The notes beneath the pieces were generated by a model. It was not told the DNA's origin and did no database searches. It saw only the letters and a program-made list of their open reading frames with translations. The translations under genes and the position numbers were made by a program. A stretch of DNA of 63,990 nt, counting the filler, from Rhizaria sp. SCN 62-66 (taxonomy: Eukaryota): assembly GCA_001724265.1 (NCBI GenBank). It is 11 parts of 11 records of this genome, joined end to end, with 100 filler letters (N's around TTAATTAATTAA, not from the genome) between each part and the next. Parts side by side here need not be neighbours in the genome. Positions count along the whole stretch, not along the records: positions 30,317 to 36,058 come from MEDY01000627.1; positions 36,159 to 41,783 come from MEDY01000630.1; positions 41,884 to 47,485 come from MEDY01000631.1; 8 more parts are not named here. One strand, written 5' to 3'. Positions 35,131-46,958 of this stretch are shown one piece after another; position 1 is the first letter of the stretch; every line of letters begins with the position of its first letter.

Positions 35131-36158
35131 CCGTCTGAGGCAAGGAACAACAAAAAATCACAGAATAGCAACATAGGAGGAGAATGTAATATGTGAATTA
35201 GGCAACTCCGACATATGGTCGTATAATCAACTTATATTCTATCCGTAATCGACGCGAAAGACAAGATGTTGTTCCAAGTCAAGTTCGTTTGCAGACCGAC
35301 ATTGCTAAGTTGATAGAAATGCACCAAGAACTAGACACTAAGAAAAGAAAACAAATGAAATAGATTGGACGCATATAAAATAAACAAAACGGGATTGCTA
35401 GTGCTGACTGGCGTTTTTGATGCGCTAAAATCTCTGTTGATTTGGATTGTCGCCTGGGTGTAATACTCCAAGCATTCTCACCACAAATTGACTTCAAACA
35501 TAAAAAATCAAATAGAATTCATCAATCCAAAACGCTATCGCATGTTTCAGGAAACTGAATAACACAACACACACTGGGAAATTTTAACGCAACGATATGT
35601 TCCACAACAACATGTGATTATCTTAACGTATTTCCACAACACATACTTGATCGGCTCAGTCACACTTGGAGGCGTGATTGCAGACAACAGTAACTATGAA
35701 GAGACGCAGTCAAATCACAAAGGATAAAGGATGTTGTGCACGCTAGAATGCTTGCAGTGTATACATATGCCATGCACACATAGCTAGGTGTTATAACCTG
35801 ATACCACCTTGTGTATCACGTGTTATAATCAATCGCATTTGTTCAAGTTGACTTGAGCAAGTGACTGGGGAGTCAGTTTGCTCATGCAATCATAGGCTTT
35901 GTCCACACTCTGTTTGAAGCCGGACACGATGTTGCAACCTGTGATCAGCCGCCTAGCATGCAGTGTCACTTTGATACGCAGGTTGTTAGCCTCAACGCTT
36001 GCTGCCTGAGCAGACACAGGGAAGTTGTTGACCCCCTTGTGGATGCACCTGGTCCAACNNNNNNNNNNNNNNNNNNNNNNNNNNNNNNNNNNNNNNNNNN
36101 NNTTAATTAATTAANNNNNNNNNNNNNNNNNNNNNNNNNNNNNNNNNNNNNNNNNNNN

Positions 36159-39100
36159 CGCGGCCGCGGCGGCCTCGGCGGGCGTCGGACACAGCGCGTC
36201 GCCCGCGCGCCCCGGCACCGCGGGCGGCGCGGGCAGCGGCGGGCGCCCCGAGCGGTCGTAGGCCGTGATCGAGTACGTGCCCTTGGAGCTCGCCAGCGCG
36301 TACCCGTCCAGCAGGCTGTCCACCAGCGCGTTGCCAGTGGTCTCGGCGGCGGCGGCCGCGGCGGCGGCGGCTGCGGCGGCCGCAGCGGCGGCGGCGGCGG
36401 CGTCGGCGTCCGAGTCCGAGTCGGTCGAGTCCTCCCAGTGGCCCTGCGCGCGGCGGCGGGCGCGGCGGCGGCGGCGCGCGGCGGTGGCGGCGGCGACAGC
36501 CTCGCGGCGCTCCGCTTCCTTGGCCTGCGCGAGCGCGACGGCGGCGACGGCGCGGCGACGGCGCGGAGACAGCGACTGCCCGGCCATGGGCGCCGCCGCG
36601 AGCACGGCCGGGATGGAGAAGGCCTGCGAGCGCCACACCGCCGTCTCCCGGGTGAGCGAGCCGGCCGTGCTCAGCGGTACGGAGCAGCGTGCCCAGCCGC
36701 CCTCGCCCGCGGCGTGCGTGGCGTGGAGCTCCGCGCGCGCCGCCGAGGCGGGATGCAGGCGGCGCGTGGTCGGGTACAGCAGCTGCATATCCCCGCTGTC
36801 GCGCCACGCGCGCGCGCGCTGCGTCAGGTAGTATCCCGCGTCGTTGTCTTCGCCGTCGCCGCTGTCGGCGCCGGTATGGTGGCCGTCGGTGCCGTCATCG
36901 CGGCCCTGCTCGGCGCCGCCGCGAAGGCCAGCCGCAGTCGTGTGCGGTCTCCGCAATTGCGACTGTGAACGTTGCTGCTGCTGCTGCTGTAGCTGCTGCT
37001 GTTGAGATGCGCCGGGCTTGCCTCTGCCGTGCGCCGCGCCGCTCTGCGCCGCGCGCGCGCCGGGCAGGAACACGGGCGCGTGCAGCACGCGCAGCCGCGG
37101 GTCGCGCCCGGCAGCCACGGCGGCGGCGGTGTTGGCGTCGGCGGCCGCGGCGGCCTCGGCGGCGGCCAGCGCCGCGGCAGCCGCGGCGGGCGTCATCGCC
37201 CCGCGCGCGGCGTAGACCGCCATGGCCAGCGGCGCGGCGGCGATCGTCGGGGGCAGATTCGCCGTGTTGGCCGCGGACGCCGCCGCGTTCGCGGGGTTGG
37301 TCGCGGTCGCGCTGCTCGGCTGGGGCACGGGGCGGAAGCGGGAGCGGGCGAACTTGGGCACCGCGGCAGCACCGGGGGACTGGTGCGACGGCGGGTGCGG
37401 CTGCGGCGCTGGCCGCTGCGTCTGCGCACGCGCGATGCCCCCCTGCTGTTGCTGCTGCTGCTGCTGTTGCTATGCTGCTGTGAATCTGTCCCCGCCAGTG
37501 CGCGCCGACTGCGCCCCCAACTCCGCCGTGCGCGGCGCACTGCGCGGCGCACTCTGCAGCTGCGCGCTCTGCGGTGCAGTGCCGGTGCGCGGTGCAGTGC
37601 GCGTGTAAGGGTCCTCGAGCGCGGTGTCAGTGTAAGCCAGCACATGCAACGGCAGAGCGGCGCGCGACGTCATGTGGTTGTTATACCGCGCCGCGAGCGG
37701 CACCGCACCCGCCAGCAGCGGCCTCGGAGCCGCCGCTGCGGACGCGCGCGGGGGCGGCAGCGCGGCGCGCGCGGCGAGCGTGATCGCGTAGGCGCCGAAG
37801 TTTCCGCCCGCGGAGAGCGAGAAGGCTGAAGGCATCACTTCAGGCAGCGCGGCGGCCGCGGCGGCAGCGGCCGAGGTCGCCGACAGCGGCCTGTCGCGGC
37901 CCGCGCGCGCGTCCTCAGCCGCAACCGCGTCGATGGCGGCGGCAGCGGCAGCGGCAGCCTCGGCGTCGGCGGCGGCGGCGGCGCGGGCCTCTGCGCGCGC
38001 CTCGGCGCGGGCGTCTGCGCGGTCGGCGCGGCGGCGCGCGCGGGCCTCGGCGGCGGCGGCGGCAGAGGCTTCGTCCGAGTACTCATCCTCACTCGCGCTG
38101 CTGCAGCTGCTGCTCGCCGTGTCTTCGCCATCGTGGAACAGGGCGGCGGCCGCGGCGTCGCGGGGGTTCACGTCGTCGTCCTCCTCGGCGGGCAGCCCCG
38201 CGGCGACAGAGAAATCGTGCGCGGCCTCGCCAGCGTCGTCGGCGTAGTCGTCTTCGTACTCCGCGTCCGCCGTAGGGTGGCCGCTTTGACCACCGTGCGC
38301 CTGGTGCGGCTGCGACTGCGATTCCTTCGACTGCGGCTGCGGCTGTTGTTGCTGCTGTTGTTGTTGTTGCCGTTGCTGCTGTTTGTTGCTGTTGATGTTG
38401 CTCTCGGCGACAGCGCTGCGCGCGGGCGCCGTAGGGAGCAGGCAGCCGGGCGCGAGCGCCCTGTAGGCGCTGAGCTCGACCCGGCGCAACAGAGACACCG
38501 ACGGCGGCAGCGGCTGCGGGAACAACGCATCCTTCTGCAGCGGCAGCAGCGACGCCGGGTGCCGCGGCGCGCTCGTCCCCGCCGCCAGCGCGGCCGCGCT
38601 CTCAGCGGCTTCGGCCTCGTCGTCCTCCTCAGCGTCAGCGTCGTCAGCCTCGGCGCCCTCGGCGTCGGCAGCGTCGGCAGCGCCGATGTAATCGTCTTCG
38701 TAGACGGCTTCGTAGTCGTCGTCGTCGTCGTCGTTTTGGCCGTCGTTGGCGGCGGCGCACTTGTTGTGGCCTTCATACTCGTCGCCATGTTGCTGATGTT
38801 GCTGCCGCTGTTGCTGCTGTTGCCTTTGCTTTAGCGACTGTGGCTGCGTCTGGGGCCGCGAGCCGCTCGCCTGCGTCTGAGGCCTCGTCTTGGTCCCAGC
38901 AGCCCCGCTAGCCCCGCTGTCATTGCTGCGGTGCTTGCGGCCCGTGTTGAGCTCATGCACGCGCGACAGCACCGCGAGCGTCTCGCCCACCGCCCCTGCG
39001 CGTGCGGCGGCGGCGGCGGCCGACTGCGGCGACGACGGCGCCAGCAGCAGGCCCCCGTGCGCCCCGTCGCTCTGCTCCTCACCACCGTGGGTCGCTGCAG

Positions 39101-39923
39101 AAGCGGTGGCGTCTTCATTAGCGCCAGCGTCCGCGGCTGCGGCTGCGGCGGCGGCGGCGGCGAGCGCAGGCTCCACGGCGACGTAGAGCTTGGAGGACGG
39201 GTGCGCGAAGGGCGGCACGATGAGCGTCTGCGCCCGCGGCTGCTGCGCGCGCACCGCCGCCGGGCCCGCGACAGCAGTCGCGCCCGCGCCGACGCCCGGG
39301 CGCGCGCGCTGCGGAGACGGCGAGGACGGGTGCGCGCTGCCGGCGGGCGCAAAGCTCTCGTACTGCATGATCGTGCGCGACTTGAGCAGGCGGTCCGAGG
39401 TGGCGCGCTGCGCGGCGGGCGCGGGCGGCGGCGCGGGGGCGCGCGGTCGGCGCAGGCGCGGCGCCTTCGCGGGCCGCTTCAGCAACCACACGGGGTGGTT
39501 GGGCCCAAAGAGCGCACGCTGCTCGGGCGTGTCTTCGAAGTTGGCCTCGACGCGCGCAAGCAGCGCCGCCGCGAACACGGGGTCGTCGCGGGCCAGCGCT
39601 GACAGGTACGCGTCCGCGGACGCGGCGGACGCGGCAGAGTCGCGCGCGCCGCCGTGCAGCAAGATACGCGGCTCAGCCAGGCGCGGTGGCGCGCGGGACA
39701 GCGGCGCGGGCGCGAGGTCGGTACTGAAGCGCGTCCCGCCCGTCGTCCCGCCGACAGCGCGGGCGCTGCCGGAGGACGACGCACTGCTCGTGACCGCTGC
39801 TGACGAAGAGGGAGGGGCGCGGGAGGAGACCGAGGGTGTCTCACCGTGTCCGGCGCCGGCGGCGGACGACCGATGGTGCGGGCCGCCGGCGGGGGAAGAC
39901 GCCGGCGGGGGCATGGGATACAT
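36159..39923 (-). CDS. Very large low-complexity (Ala/Gln/Asp-rich) protein, 3' truncated; one in-frame TAG
   Basis: ORFs 37470-39923 and 36111-37361 share a frame and are separated only by TAG 37472-37470 at the head of a poly-Gln run. Confidence 0.75.
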
Positions 39924-41523
39924 GGGGATCGTGGAGACGGCTCAGAAGCAGTCAAGGAGTTTGAGTCGTCGTCAGATGCTCTGGGCACTAGATCTAAGGC
40001 AAGGCCTGTGAGAGACCAAAGAGGTATGAAGAAATACAGCGCTGTGAATCGATGTAAATAAAGCGCGCTAATAATATATCCAAGAAAAAATGATCAAGAT
40101 GAATGTTGGCCGTCATGGTGAATGAAAATAGTTGTAGCTCTGTGTCAGGAGCCGTTACCGATCAGAGGGCAATATTGCACAGCGAGTACAGAGGGACAAA
40201 TGTCACCTTTAGAGGAGAAAATTAAAATACCATCAAATAAACGTATACTCTGACTCCGAAAACTGTTTGTGGAAACTTTGATGATCACATATGGACGAAT
40301 GAGCTCTGCAAAAACACAGTGCTGGGCCTGGTCGCAGGCGCAGCAGCTGCAGCTTCAGGCAGCATGTTAACAATAACAGCAGGAACAACAATGTGGTAGG
40401 TGGTTCACTGGTCTGATCGCGGTGAAATTTAGTATAACTGTATTCTCGTTCAATTCTGTTGATGCTGTGCTTGTCTCTGATGCGCAGCCTCAGCTTGCAG
40501 CAGTCGCTGATCGCTTGAGGTGGAGAGTGACGGAGACAAAGTCATCATAAGTGTCCCTGGTGGTGCCCCGGCAGTTACAGCTAGCGCAGCCGTGTGAGCT
40601 GGCTCTACACGCATTGCGCTTGACTCCGAATCGACGCCACAGGCCCTGCAGCCCACACATCCAGTGCACGCAGCCACAGCATGTCACGCACGTAACCCAT
40701 CGCAGTGACCACCAAATTACAACGACCGCAACACTGACCGCAACGCTGATGGCAACTGCGGCCGCGAGCTGGACGGTGTCGGTGATTGTGCGCGCGCCAT
40801 TGACGGCGACGGAGGCGGCGTGCACGCGCTGCGCCGGCTTGAGTCACTGTCGGACGACTATGACGGCGACTATTACTCCAGCACCGACGAATACTACTTG
40901 TAAGTGCGAACGGTGCCAAAAGAGACGTATTGGTTTTGATTTTTATCAATAATACTTCTTCAAAACACGGACTGCTTATGGCCAGAGAGTGCGCAGACAC
41001 CGACAATGAAGATTCCAATTACGGGTGAGTGCGGATGTAGATTGCAATATGTGTGCGAAAACCTGGAGTGCTCTCTCAGCAAAGCTGGGTAGACATGACT
41101 TCAATTCACGATTACGCAAGAAAGAAAAGCTTCATGTCTCTCTCTGTAACGTGTTAGAAGTTGTCTACATCAATTAAATGATTGAACCATGGAAGGAACT
41201 GATAGGCATTTCTGACTGCCGAGTCATGAGTGGAAGAAAAGACGAGTCGTTCCACGCATGATACACAAATTATATCGTGTTTATCATATAAAAATGTTTG
41301 CTTCTTAAAGTTTTATGTGGATATTTCTGCGATAAGTAGCATGCATGTCGATAGGTATACTCAAATCCGGTTTAGCTCTTCAACCAACACTTCTGCAACG
41401 AGACCGAAAAAAACAACTGACTGTGGGCACCAGCTGGCGGGCCGAATGCGCACAAGACGAGCGAGCCGTCGATTGAGAAAAATCGTTCTGCGAAGGGAAT
41501 ACTCCTGGAGATCCGGAAAAAAC

Positions 41524-41783
41524 ATGTCTACTAAGAAGGTTCGTCTCTTAAAATCATCTTGTACTATTTCACACTCGCCTGCATCCGCGTTTATACCGTC
41601 TTTAGCCGCACGTGCGCTCACCCTCTTATTTGCCCCCCTGTGCTGGCCCATCTTGCCTTTGTTTCGCTGCTTTACGCTCCTTACAGACCCAGAAGAAGAG
41701 CTCTGATAACATCAACTCCAAGATTGCCCTCGTCTCCAAGTCCGGCAAGTACACCCTCGGCTACAAGACCACCCTCAAGACTC
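41524..41783 (+). CDS. RPL30: 60S ribosomal protein eL30, 3' truncated; exons 41524-41538 and 41687-41783
   Basis: MSTKK|TQKKSSDNINSKIALVSKSGKYTLGYKTTLKT; GT...CAG intron. Confidence 0.93.
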
Positions 41784-42065
41784 NNNNNNNNNNNNNNNNN
41801 NNNNNNNNNNNNNNNNNNNNNNNNNNNTTAATTAATTAANNNNNNNNNNNNNNNNNNNNNNNNNNNNNNNNNNNNNNNNNNNNGAGTAGTAACAAAAAAA
41901 TGTTGCAGCAGTGCACTCGTGAATGTACGGTGCACGCAAAGTGTGCACCCGCCGCATTTTGCAAACTTGGCAGCACTAGCAAAATTTTTAGCTTCTCTGC
42001 GCATTTTACTCGTATTTTTTTTGTGTAGCACCACACTTGCCGTATAGCTTCGCTACGTCCAGGCC

Positions 42066-42896
42066 ATGAACGTCATTCAACTGGGTACACCGCAGGAGCG
42101 CGCCTACAACGAATTTCTCAGTTGGTGGCTGCCACGCTACTTTCCGCAGAACATTTTGTACCCGCTGCGCTTTGCATCCTTGTCGGTGCGCTTCGACTTT
42201 GGCCGTGCCGTCGCCTTGAGCAACATTGACGTGAACGTGGCAGCCCTCACGACCGGTCGCACTACGGTCATAGACAACACCACCTTTAGCAACTTGTTTA
42301 CTACCATTACGGATCCCGTGTACACCAACCCCAGCTTGGATCTAGAGCTCATAGCGCGCCTCAGCAATCTGTATTTGGCGGCCAGCGTGCAGGGCAACGC
42401 TACCAACGCGCAGATTGGCAATGGGCGCGTTACCGTTTTGCCGCCCAGCAACTTGATTACGCAAGCAGCACGCTTTCTGCGCAACCGTGGCAAAACGCTG
42501 TTGGCGGAACCCTTTGCTACACCGCCCTTCATCAGCAACACGTGGGGCAACCAACCGTGGCGTGCAGCCGGCGCACCTTTTCAAACGCAAATGTTCGGGC
42601 CCATCGACTACCAATTTGCAGCGCGCTCGGACGGCCGCGGTGGCATGCGCATGTCCAAAGTGACATCGTTAGACGGCCCCAATGCCACCGCTGCGCTCCT
42701 GCAAAACAGCAATTCGGACATGTGGGAATTGTTGGGCATGCAGATTACGTTGGATCCCAATCCGCAGGCCGTCGTCGTACTACTGTACTTTTCTGCGTGG
42801 GAAGTGACCAGCGAACGCTTGTTCAAATTTGTCGCGGAAGTACCGCTTACCGCACTGGTGCAAGCTAACGTGCGCGTTACGCCCTTCTACGATTAA
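42066..42896 (+). CDS. Hypothetical protein, 276 aa (virus-like contig)
   Basis: Clean intronless ATG-TAA ORF without low-complexity tracts; no family recognised. Confidence 0.7.
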   Translation: MNVIQLGTPQERAYNEFLSWWLPRYFPQNILYPLRFASLSVRFDFGRAVALSNIDVNVAALTTGRTTVIDNTTFSNLFTTITDPVYTNPSLDLELIARLSNLYLAASVQGNATNAQIGNGRVTVLPPSNLITQAARFLRNRGKTLLAEPFATPPFISNTWGNQPWRAAGAPFQTQMFGPIDYQFAARSDGRGGMRMSKVTSLDGPNATAALLQNSNSDMWELLGMQITLDPNPQAVVVLLYFSAWEVTSERLFKFVAEVPLTALVQANVRVTPFYD

Positions 42897-43127
42897 ACGG
42901 CATTGCATGGTCTACACGCGCGTTGCACACACACTTTTTCTGTAAAATAATGCTTGTCTGCATGCGTATAATAAACAGTGCACTTTGTACGTGCTGTAGC
43001 TGCAGTTCAAAATTTCAAAGTTGGTGCGTCACGTGCACGTAAATATCCCTGATATAGTGCACGCAACGCATAAAAGTGCGGTCAAAATGAACTGCATATT
43101 GTTACTATTGACAAAACATACGACCAC

Positions 43128-43535
43128 ATGAGCACTACTAACGACACCAAGAGCGACGAGACGCCAGCGATCAGCGTAGTGACACCTGCGCAAGACATGT
43201 CCACGCTCGAATACTACAAAACACTGCTCGAACGCATGCTGTTGGACGTCAATCTGCCAGAAGACCGCAGAGCCATGGTACAGCAACACTTGAAGTTTGC
43301 CGAGGCTGCGCCCGCCGAGCGACGCGAAGAAGCGTACGCCGTCAGCTTTGTGTTGTGCGCTGCCGATACGCCGCACCTGCCCATCCCCGAGGCAGCCGTC
43401 TCCGACGTGCACGGCAACACACCTTTGCCCGAAAATTTGCCCGTGCCCGTGCACGTTACCAAGTGGCAGCCCATCTTTGTGCAGCTAAATACTAACGTAC
43501 AGCCACAATCAGAACCATCTGCAACTGATCACTAA
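43128..43535 (+). CDS. Hypothetical protein, 135 aa
   Basis: Intronless ATG-TAA ORF between AT-richer spacers. Confidence 0.6.
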   Translation: MSTTNDTKSDETPAISVVTPAQDMSTLEYYKTLLERMLLDVNLPEDRRAMVQQHLKFAEAAPAERREEAYAVSFVLCAADTPHLPIPEAAVSDVHGNTPLPENLPVPVHVTKWQPIFVQLNTNVQPQSEPSATDH

Positions 43536-43632
43536 CTACATGTAATGTACAAACAGATTTGAATAAAAGTGCTATGCTGCTTTATTAAAAATCGAGTGGA
43601 ACACAAAGCGTGCGTGGGCGTACACAGCTGCT

Positions 43633-44331
43633 TTACTGAGGGAAGGCATAGGTCCATGCCAAAACGCAGCGCACGTCAAAGTAGGACAACCAGATTTGTT
43701 GATTGGGAGGATAGGCGTAGGCAAAGTGGAAGCGAATTTCGCCGTTGGGATCGAGATAAATGTTGCGCCAAGTGGGGCTGCCGTAGCTGTCAAACTTGAA
43801 GTGGCCAATCTGGTTGAGATCGCGCACAATGTCTACATCGCCGTAGATCACGTCCTTGGTGTCGGGGTACAAGGGATACGCTTGCTGCAAGCTCTGCGGA
43901 ATGGGATAGCCGGCCAACGAAGTGGGTTCGAGGGGATTGATAAATTCAACGTCGCCAGCGTCGCCTTGTTCGAGCACCATAGCTACGGTGGCCATATTGT
44001 CGCAGCTATCGCAGGGAATGTTGACGCTCAAACGGTGACCGGCATAGTCGCAGTCGGCGGAAAAGGCAATGATCGTTGAGGGCGCCAGCGCTTGTTGCAC
44101 GACAAACACGAGATCCGAGGCGCCTTGTTGACCGACGGTGCGACCCGCAAAGTACACGTTGTTTCTGTACCAAGTCTGGTAGTGCGTACCGTTGAACTGC
44201 TTGTAAGCGCGCGCGTTCTTGTTGTGCAACTGCGCGACCACGCGGTTCTCCTTGTGGTGGCCCGCGTACGCTACGCACAGCAAAGCGAGCAGCGCGCAAC
44301 CGAGCATCCAGTGTTTCGCAGCACCTGTCAT
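43633..44331 (-). CDS. Hypothetical secreted protein, 232 aa
   Basis: Signal-peptide-like start MTGAAKHWMLGCALLALLCVAYA; intronless; stop TAA. Confidence 0.7.
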   Translation of the reverse strand: MTGAAKHWMLGCALLALLCVAYAGHHKENRVVAQLHNKNARAYKQFNGTHYQTWYRNNVYFAGRTVGQQGASDLVFVVQQALAPSTIIAFSADCDYAGHRLSVNIPCDSCDNMATVAMVLEQGDAGDVEFINPLEPTSLAGYPIPQSLQQAYPLYPDTKDVIYGDVDIVRDLNQIGHFKFDSYGSPTWRNIYLDPNGEIRFHFAYAYPPNQQIWLSYFDVRCVLAWTYAFPQ

Positions 44332-44470
44332 GACTACCTGTTTGGTGTTTTTGTAGGCTAGTGTGGCGATCTTCGAAAGTTGTGAAGTGAATAACTAGCG
44401 CGTGCGCCTCAAATTTTATAGCTGCGTTGTTCACCGAAATTTCTCGCGTAACGGTCGGCGCACTCCGTTC

Positions 44471-44506
44471 TTTTGCACTATTTACCTATTATTACTATAT
44501 ATAGTA
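44471..44506 (-). promoter_or_regulatory. AT-rich motif with palindrome TACTATATATAGTA; inverted second copy at 46787-46822
   Basis: Minus-strand TACTATATATAGTAATAATAGGTAAATAGTGCAAAA versus plus-strand TACTATATATAGTAAAAATAGGTAGTAATAGCAAAA. Confidence 0.55.
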
Positions 44507-44587
44507 TATAATGTACAAATATAGTAAAGATATAGGGAATAAGTGCAAGTTTATGTACAGACGACTATATTACAAAGGGAAAAGCAT

Positions 44588-46648
44588 CTAAAAAAAGTAG
44601 GCATCGTTCGCCGAGTAGCGCTGCGTAGTGCGCGGCTGCTGTGCCAGCACGTCGAACATGTTACCGGGCAACTTGCTGATCTGGCCGTGGAATAAGTTGT
44701 TGTAGAAGAGCTCTACTTTGGTATCGACCATAATGGCATTTTCGTTGAAGGTGCGCAGCTTGAGGCCTTCCAAATTGCGAACGCGCGATAAGGCTACGTA
44801 TGCTTGGCCCGCGGCAAACACGCCGTCCAGCGACACTTCCACGCTATCCAATGTCATGCCCTGACTGCGGTGAATGGTCAGTGCCCAGGCCAGCGCCAAG
44901 GGAATCTGCGTGTAGCTGGCAATGATAAAGCCCTTGTCGTCTTCAATGTTCCACGTGTGCGGGTTGATGATGCGTTGATTGCCGTTGGCAAACTTGACGA
45001 TGGGATAGCGCGTCTCGGGTGCAAAATCGACTACTACGCCTTTGCTGCCATTGACGAGTCCACCTTTGGTGTCGAGATTGGTGAGCAGCACTACTTGTGC
45101 ACCGACGCGTAGCAACAAGCAGCGATCGCAGGGTTCGCGATCCGCCGTAAACATGCCGTCGCTGCCCGTAGCGAGCGCTTCAAATTTGCGAATAGGCGTG
45201 TCGAGCGTGTACAGCTTTTGCAGATTGTATTCGCGCACGTTGCTCTTGGTGGGGTACAGCACGGTCGGTTCAATGCTAATGCCGTCTATGCTGCGCGGCG
45301 TAAACACGTTGATGCGCTGCGACAGCATGCGAATGTCGGCACGATTCATGTAACCGATGCGTAAGCGCGACAGCAGATCGGACAGCTCGCAGTCGCCGCT
45401 TTGGCGGTAATTGTGCTTCAAGATGAATACGCGCAGCTGCAGCATGTTCCACAGACTGGATTCGAAAAAATAGCGCACCTGTTTGTTCTTGCGCGGACTG
45501 CCCGTGAGCGGCACGCACGCATTGTTGAACAGGTCAAATGGTGACAGATTGCTGGGCTGCGCAGGTGCAGCGGGTGCGTCGAACGTGGGAAAAGTAGGTT
45601 GCTGTGCAGCTGCACTGTTGTTGTTGTTGTTGGGCACGGGCGGCAATTGATAAAAGTCGCCTACCAGCACAATCTGCACGCCACCGAACGGTTGGTTGCA
45701 GCGGCGCACCTGTTGTGCAATTTGATCCAACTTTTCCATGTAGTCGCTATCGAGCATGGAAGCCTCGTCGATGATCAAGGTGTCCACGTCTACCCAGCGC
45801 TTGCGCGAATACATGTTCATGGTCTTGACGTAGTGCTCTACGGTGTTGTTGCCAGTACCAATGCCTGCAAAGCTGTGCAGCGTCATGCCCTTGACGAGCA
45901 CGGCTGCAGATCCAGTGGTGGCCGTAACCTGCACGTGCTTGCCGGCGACCAACAGTGCAGTCTTGCACAAGAGCAGCGCGTAGCTTTTGCCGACACCCGC
46001 ACCGCCGGTGAAAAACACGTTTTCGCCGCGCAGCACTGCCTCGAGGCCAGCCAACTGCTCAGCGTTGGCATTTTCGCGCAGCGTCGTCAATTCTTCCTGC
46101 GTGTAGCGATTGTACTGGCTGGGCGCCACTGCCACTTGTCGTATCTTGGTGGTAGGTGTAGCTTGCTTGATTACGTAGTCGTTGTCGCGCACTACATTGA
46201 TTGTGGTACTGTGCTGCTCGCTACTAGCTTGATTGGGGCGCTTCTCGCGGATGGCATTGATGATCATGTTGGTCATGTCTGCTGCAAAGCCATTCATGGC
46301 TACGGCACGATTAACGCCAGGAAAATTGATGGGCACTGCCGGCTGTTGTTGCACTTGCTGCTGCTGCTGCTGCTGCTGCTGTTGTTGCTGTACCTCGCTC
46401 TTGAGCCGCTTGATAGCAGGTCTGTCGGGCGCTTGTAGCACGTCGCACGTACGTTTGCGACTTGTGCCGTCACCGTGTGCCTGCAACGCTTCTTGTTTGA
46501 TGACCACGCTGTGCTGCGGATCGGGCTTGATGGGAATAACCATGTTGAAGGGTTCGGGCACCAAAATAGGGGGTTCTTCTACGTGCGCGTTGCACACGTT
46601 GTGCACGCCGTGCAAATACAAGGTAGCGGTGCTGCCAGAAGTAGCCAT
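44588..46648 (-). CDS. PIF1: PIF1-family SF1B DNA helicase
   Basis: FFTGGAGVGKS, TATTGSAA, TLHSFAGIG, LIIDEASM, FGGVQIVLVGDFYQLPPV, GAQVVLLTNL, LVNGSKGVV, QIPLALAWALTIHRSQGMTLD, GQAYVALSRV; intronless; stop TAG. Confidence 0.95.
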   Translation of the reverse strand: MATSGSTATLYLHGVHNVCNAHVEEPPILVPEPFNMVIPIKPDPQHSVVIKQEALQAHGDGTSRKRTCDVLQAPDRPAIKRLKSEVQQQQQQQQQQQQVQQQPAVPINFPGVNRAVAMNGFAADMTNMIINAIREKRPNQASSEQHSTTINVVRDNDYVIKQATPTTKIRQVAVAPSQYNRYTQEELTTLRENANAEQLAGLEAVLRGENVFFTGGAGVGKSYALLLCKTALLVAGKHVQVTATTGSAAVLVKGMTLHSFAGIGTGNNTVEHYVKTMNMYSRKRWVDVDTLIIDEASMLDSDYMEKLDQIAQQVRRCNQPFGGVQIVLVGDFYQLPPVPNNNNNSAAAQQPTFPTFDAPAAPAQPSNLSPFDLFNNACVPLTGSPRKNKQVRYFFESSLWNMLQLRVFILKHNYRQSGDCELSDLLSRLRIGYMNRADIRMLSQRINVFTPRSIDGISIEPTVLYPTKSNVREYNLQKLYTLDTPIRKFEALATGSDGMFTADREPCDRCLLLRVGAQVVLLTNLDTKGGLVNGSKGVVVDFAPETRYPIVKFANGNQRIINPHTWNIEDDKGFIIASYTQIPLALAWALTIHRSQGMTLDSVEVSLDGVFAAGQAYVALSRVRNLEGLKLRTFNENAIMVDTKVELFYNNLFHGQISKLPGNMFDVLAQQPRTTQRYSANDAYFF

Positions 46649-46958
46649 GGGCAAAGTACGTTGCGTGGTAGTCGGTGTGCAGGAAATGTTGTAATGAATG
46701 CTGCACGCATTGCATTTTTACCTTTTGACTGGCAGCCCTGAAACTTATTTCCACATTGTTACATCTTTACTATATATGGTTATTATTACTATATATAGTA
46801 AAAATAGGTAGTAATAGCAAAAAGGTCGCACAACCTTGTACACGTACAGCCATACACGTGCAGATATACCCACGGCCACGTGGCGTGCACCGCCCGAAAT
46901 TTATTCATGTCTTTCAGGGCTATCGTGCAACAAGGCTGCAATTGCGCACGCAGCGCAC

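Noticed and set aside
35829..36058. Truncated minus-strand frame ending in TGA, faintly MULE-like
   Set aside because: Too short and motif-poor to assign.
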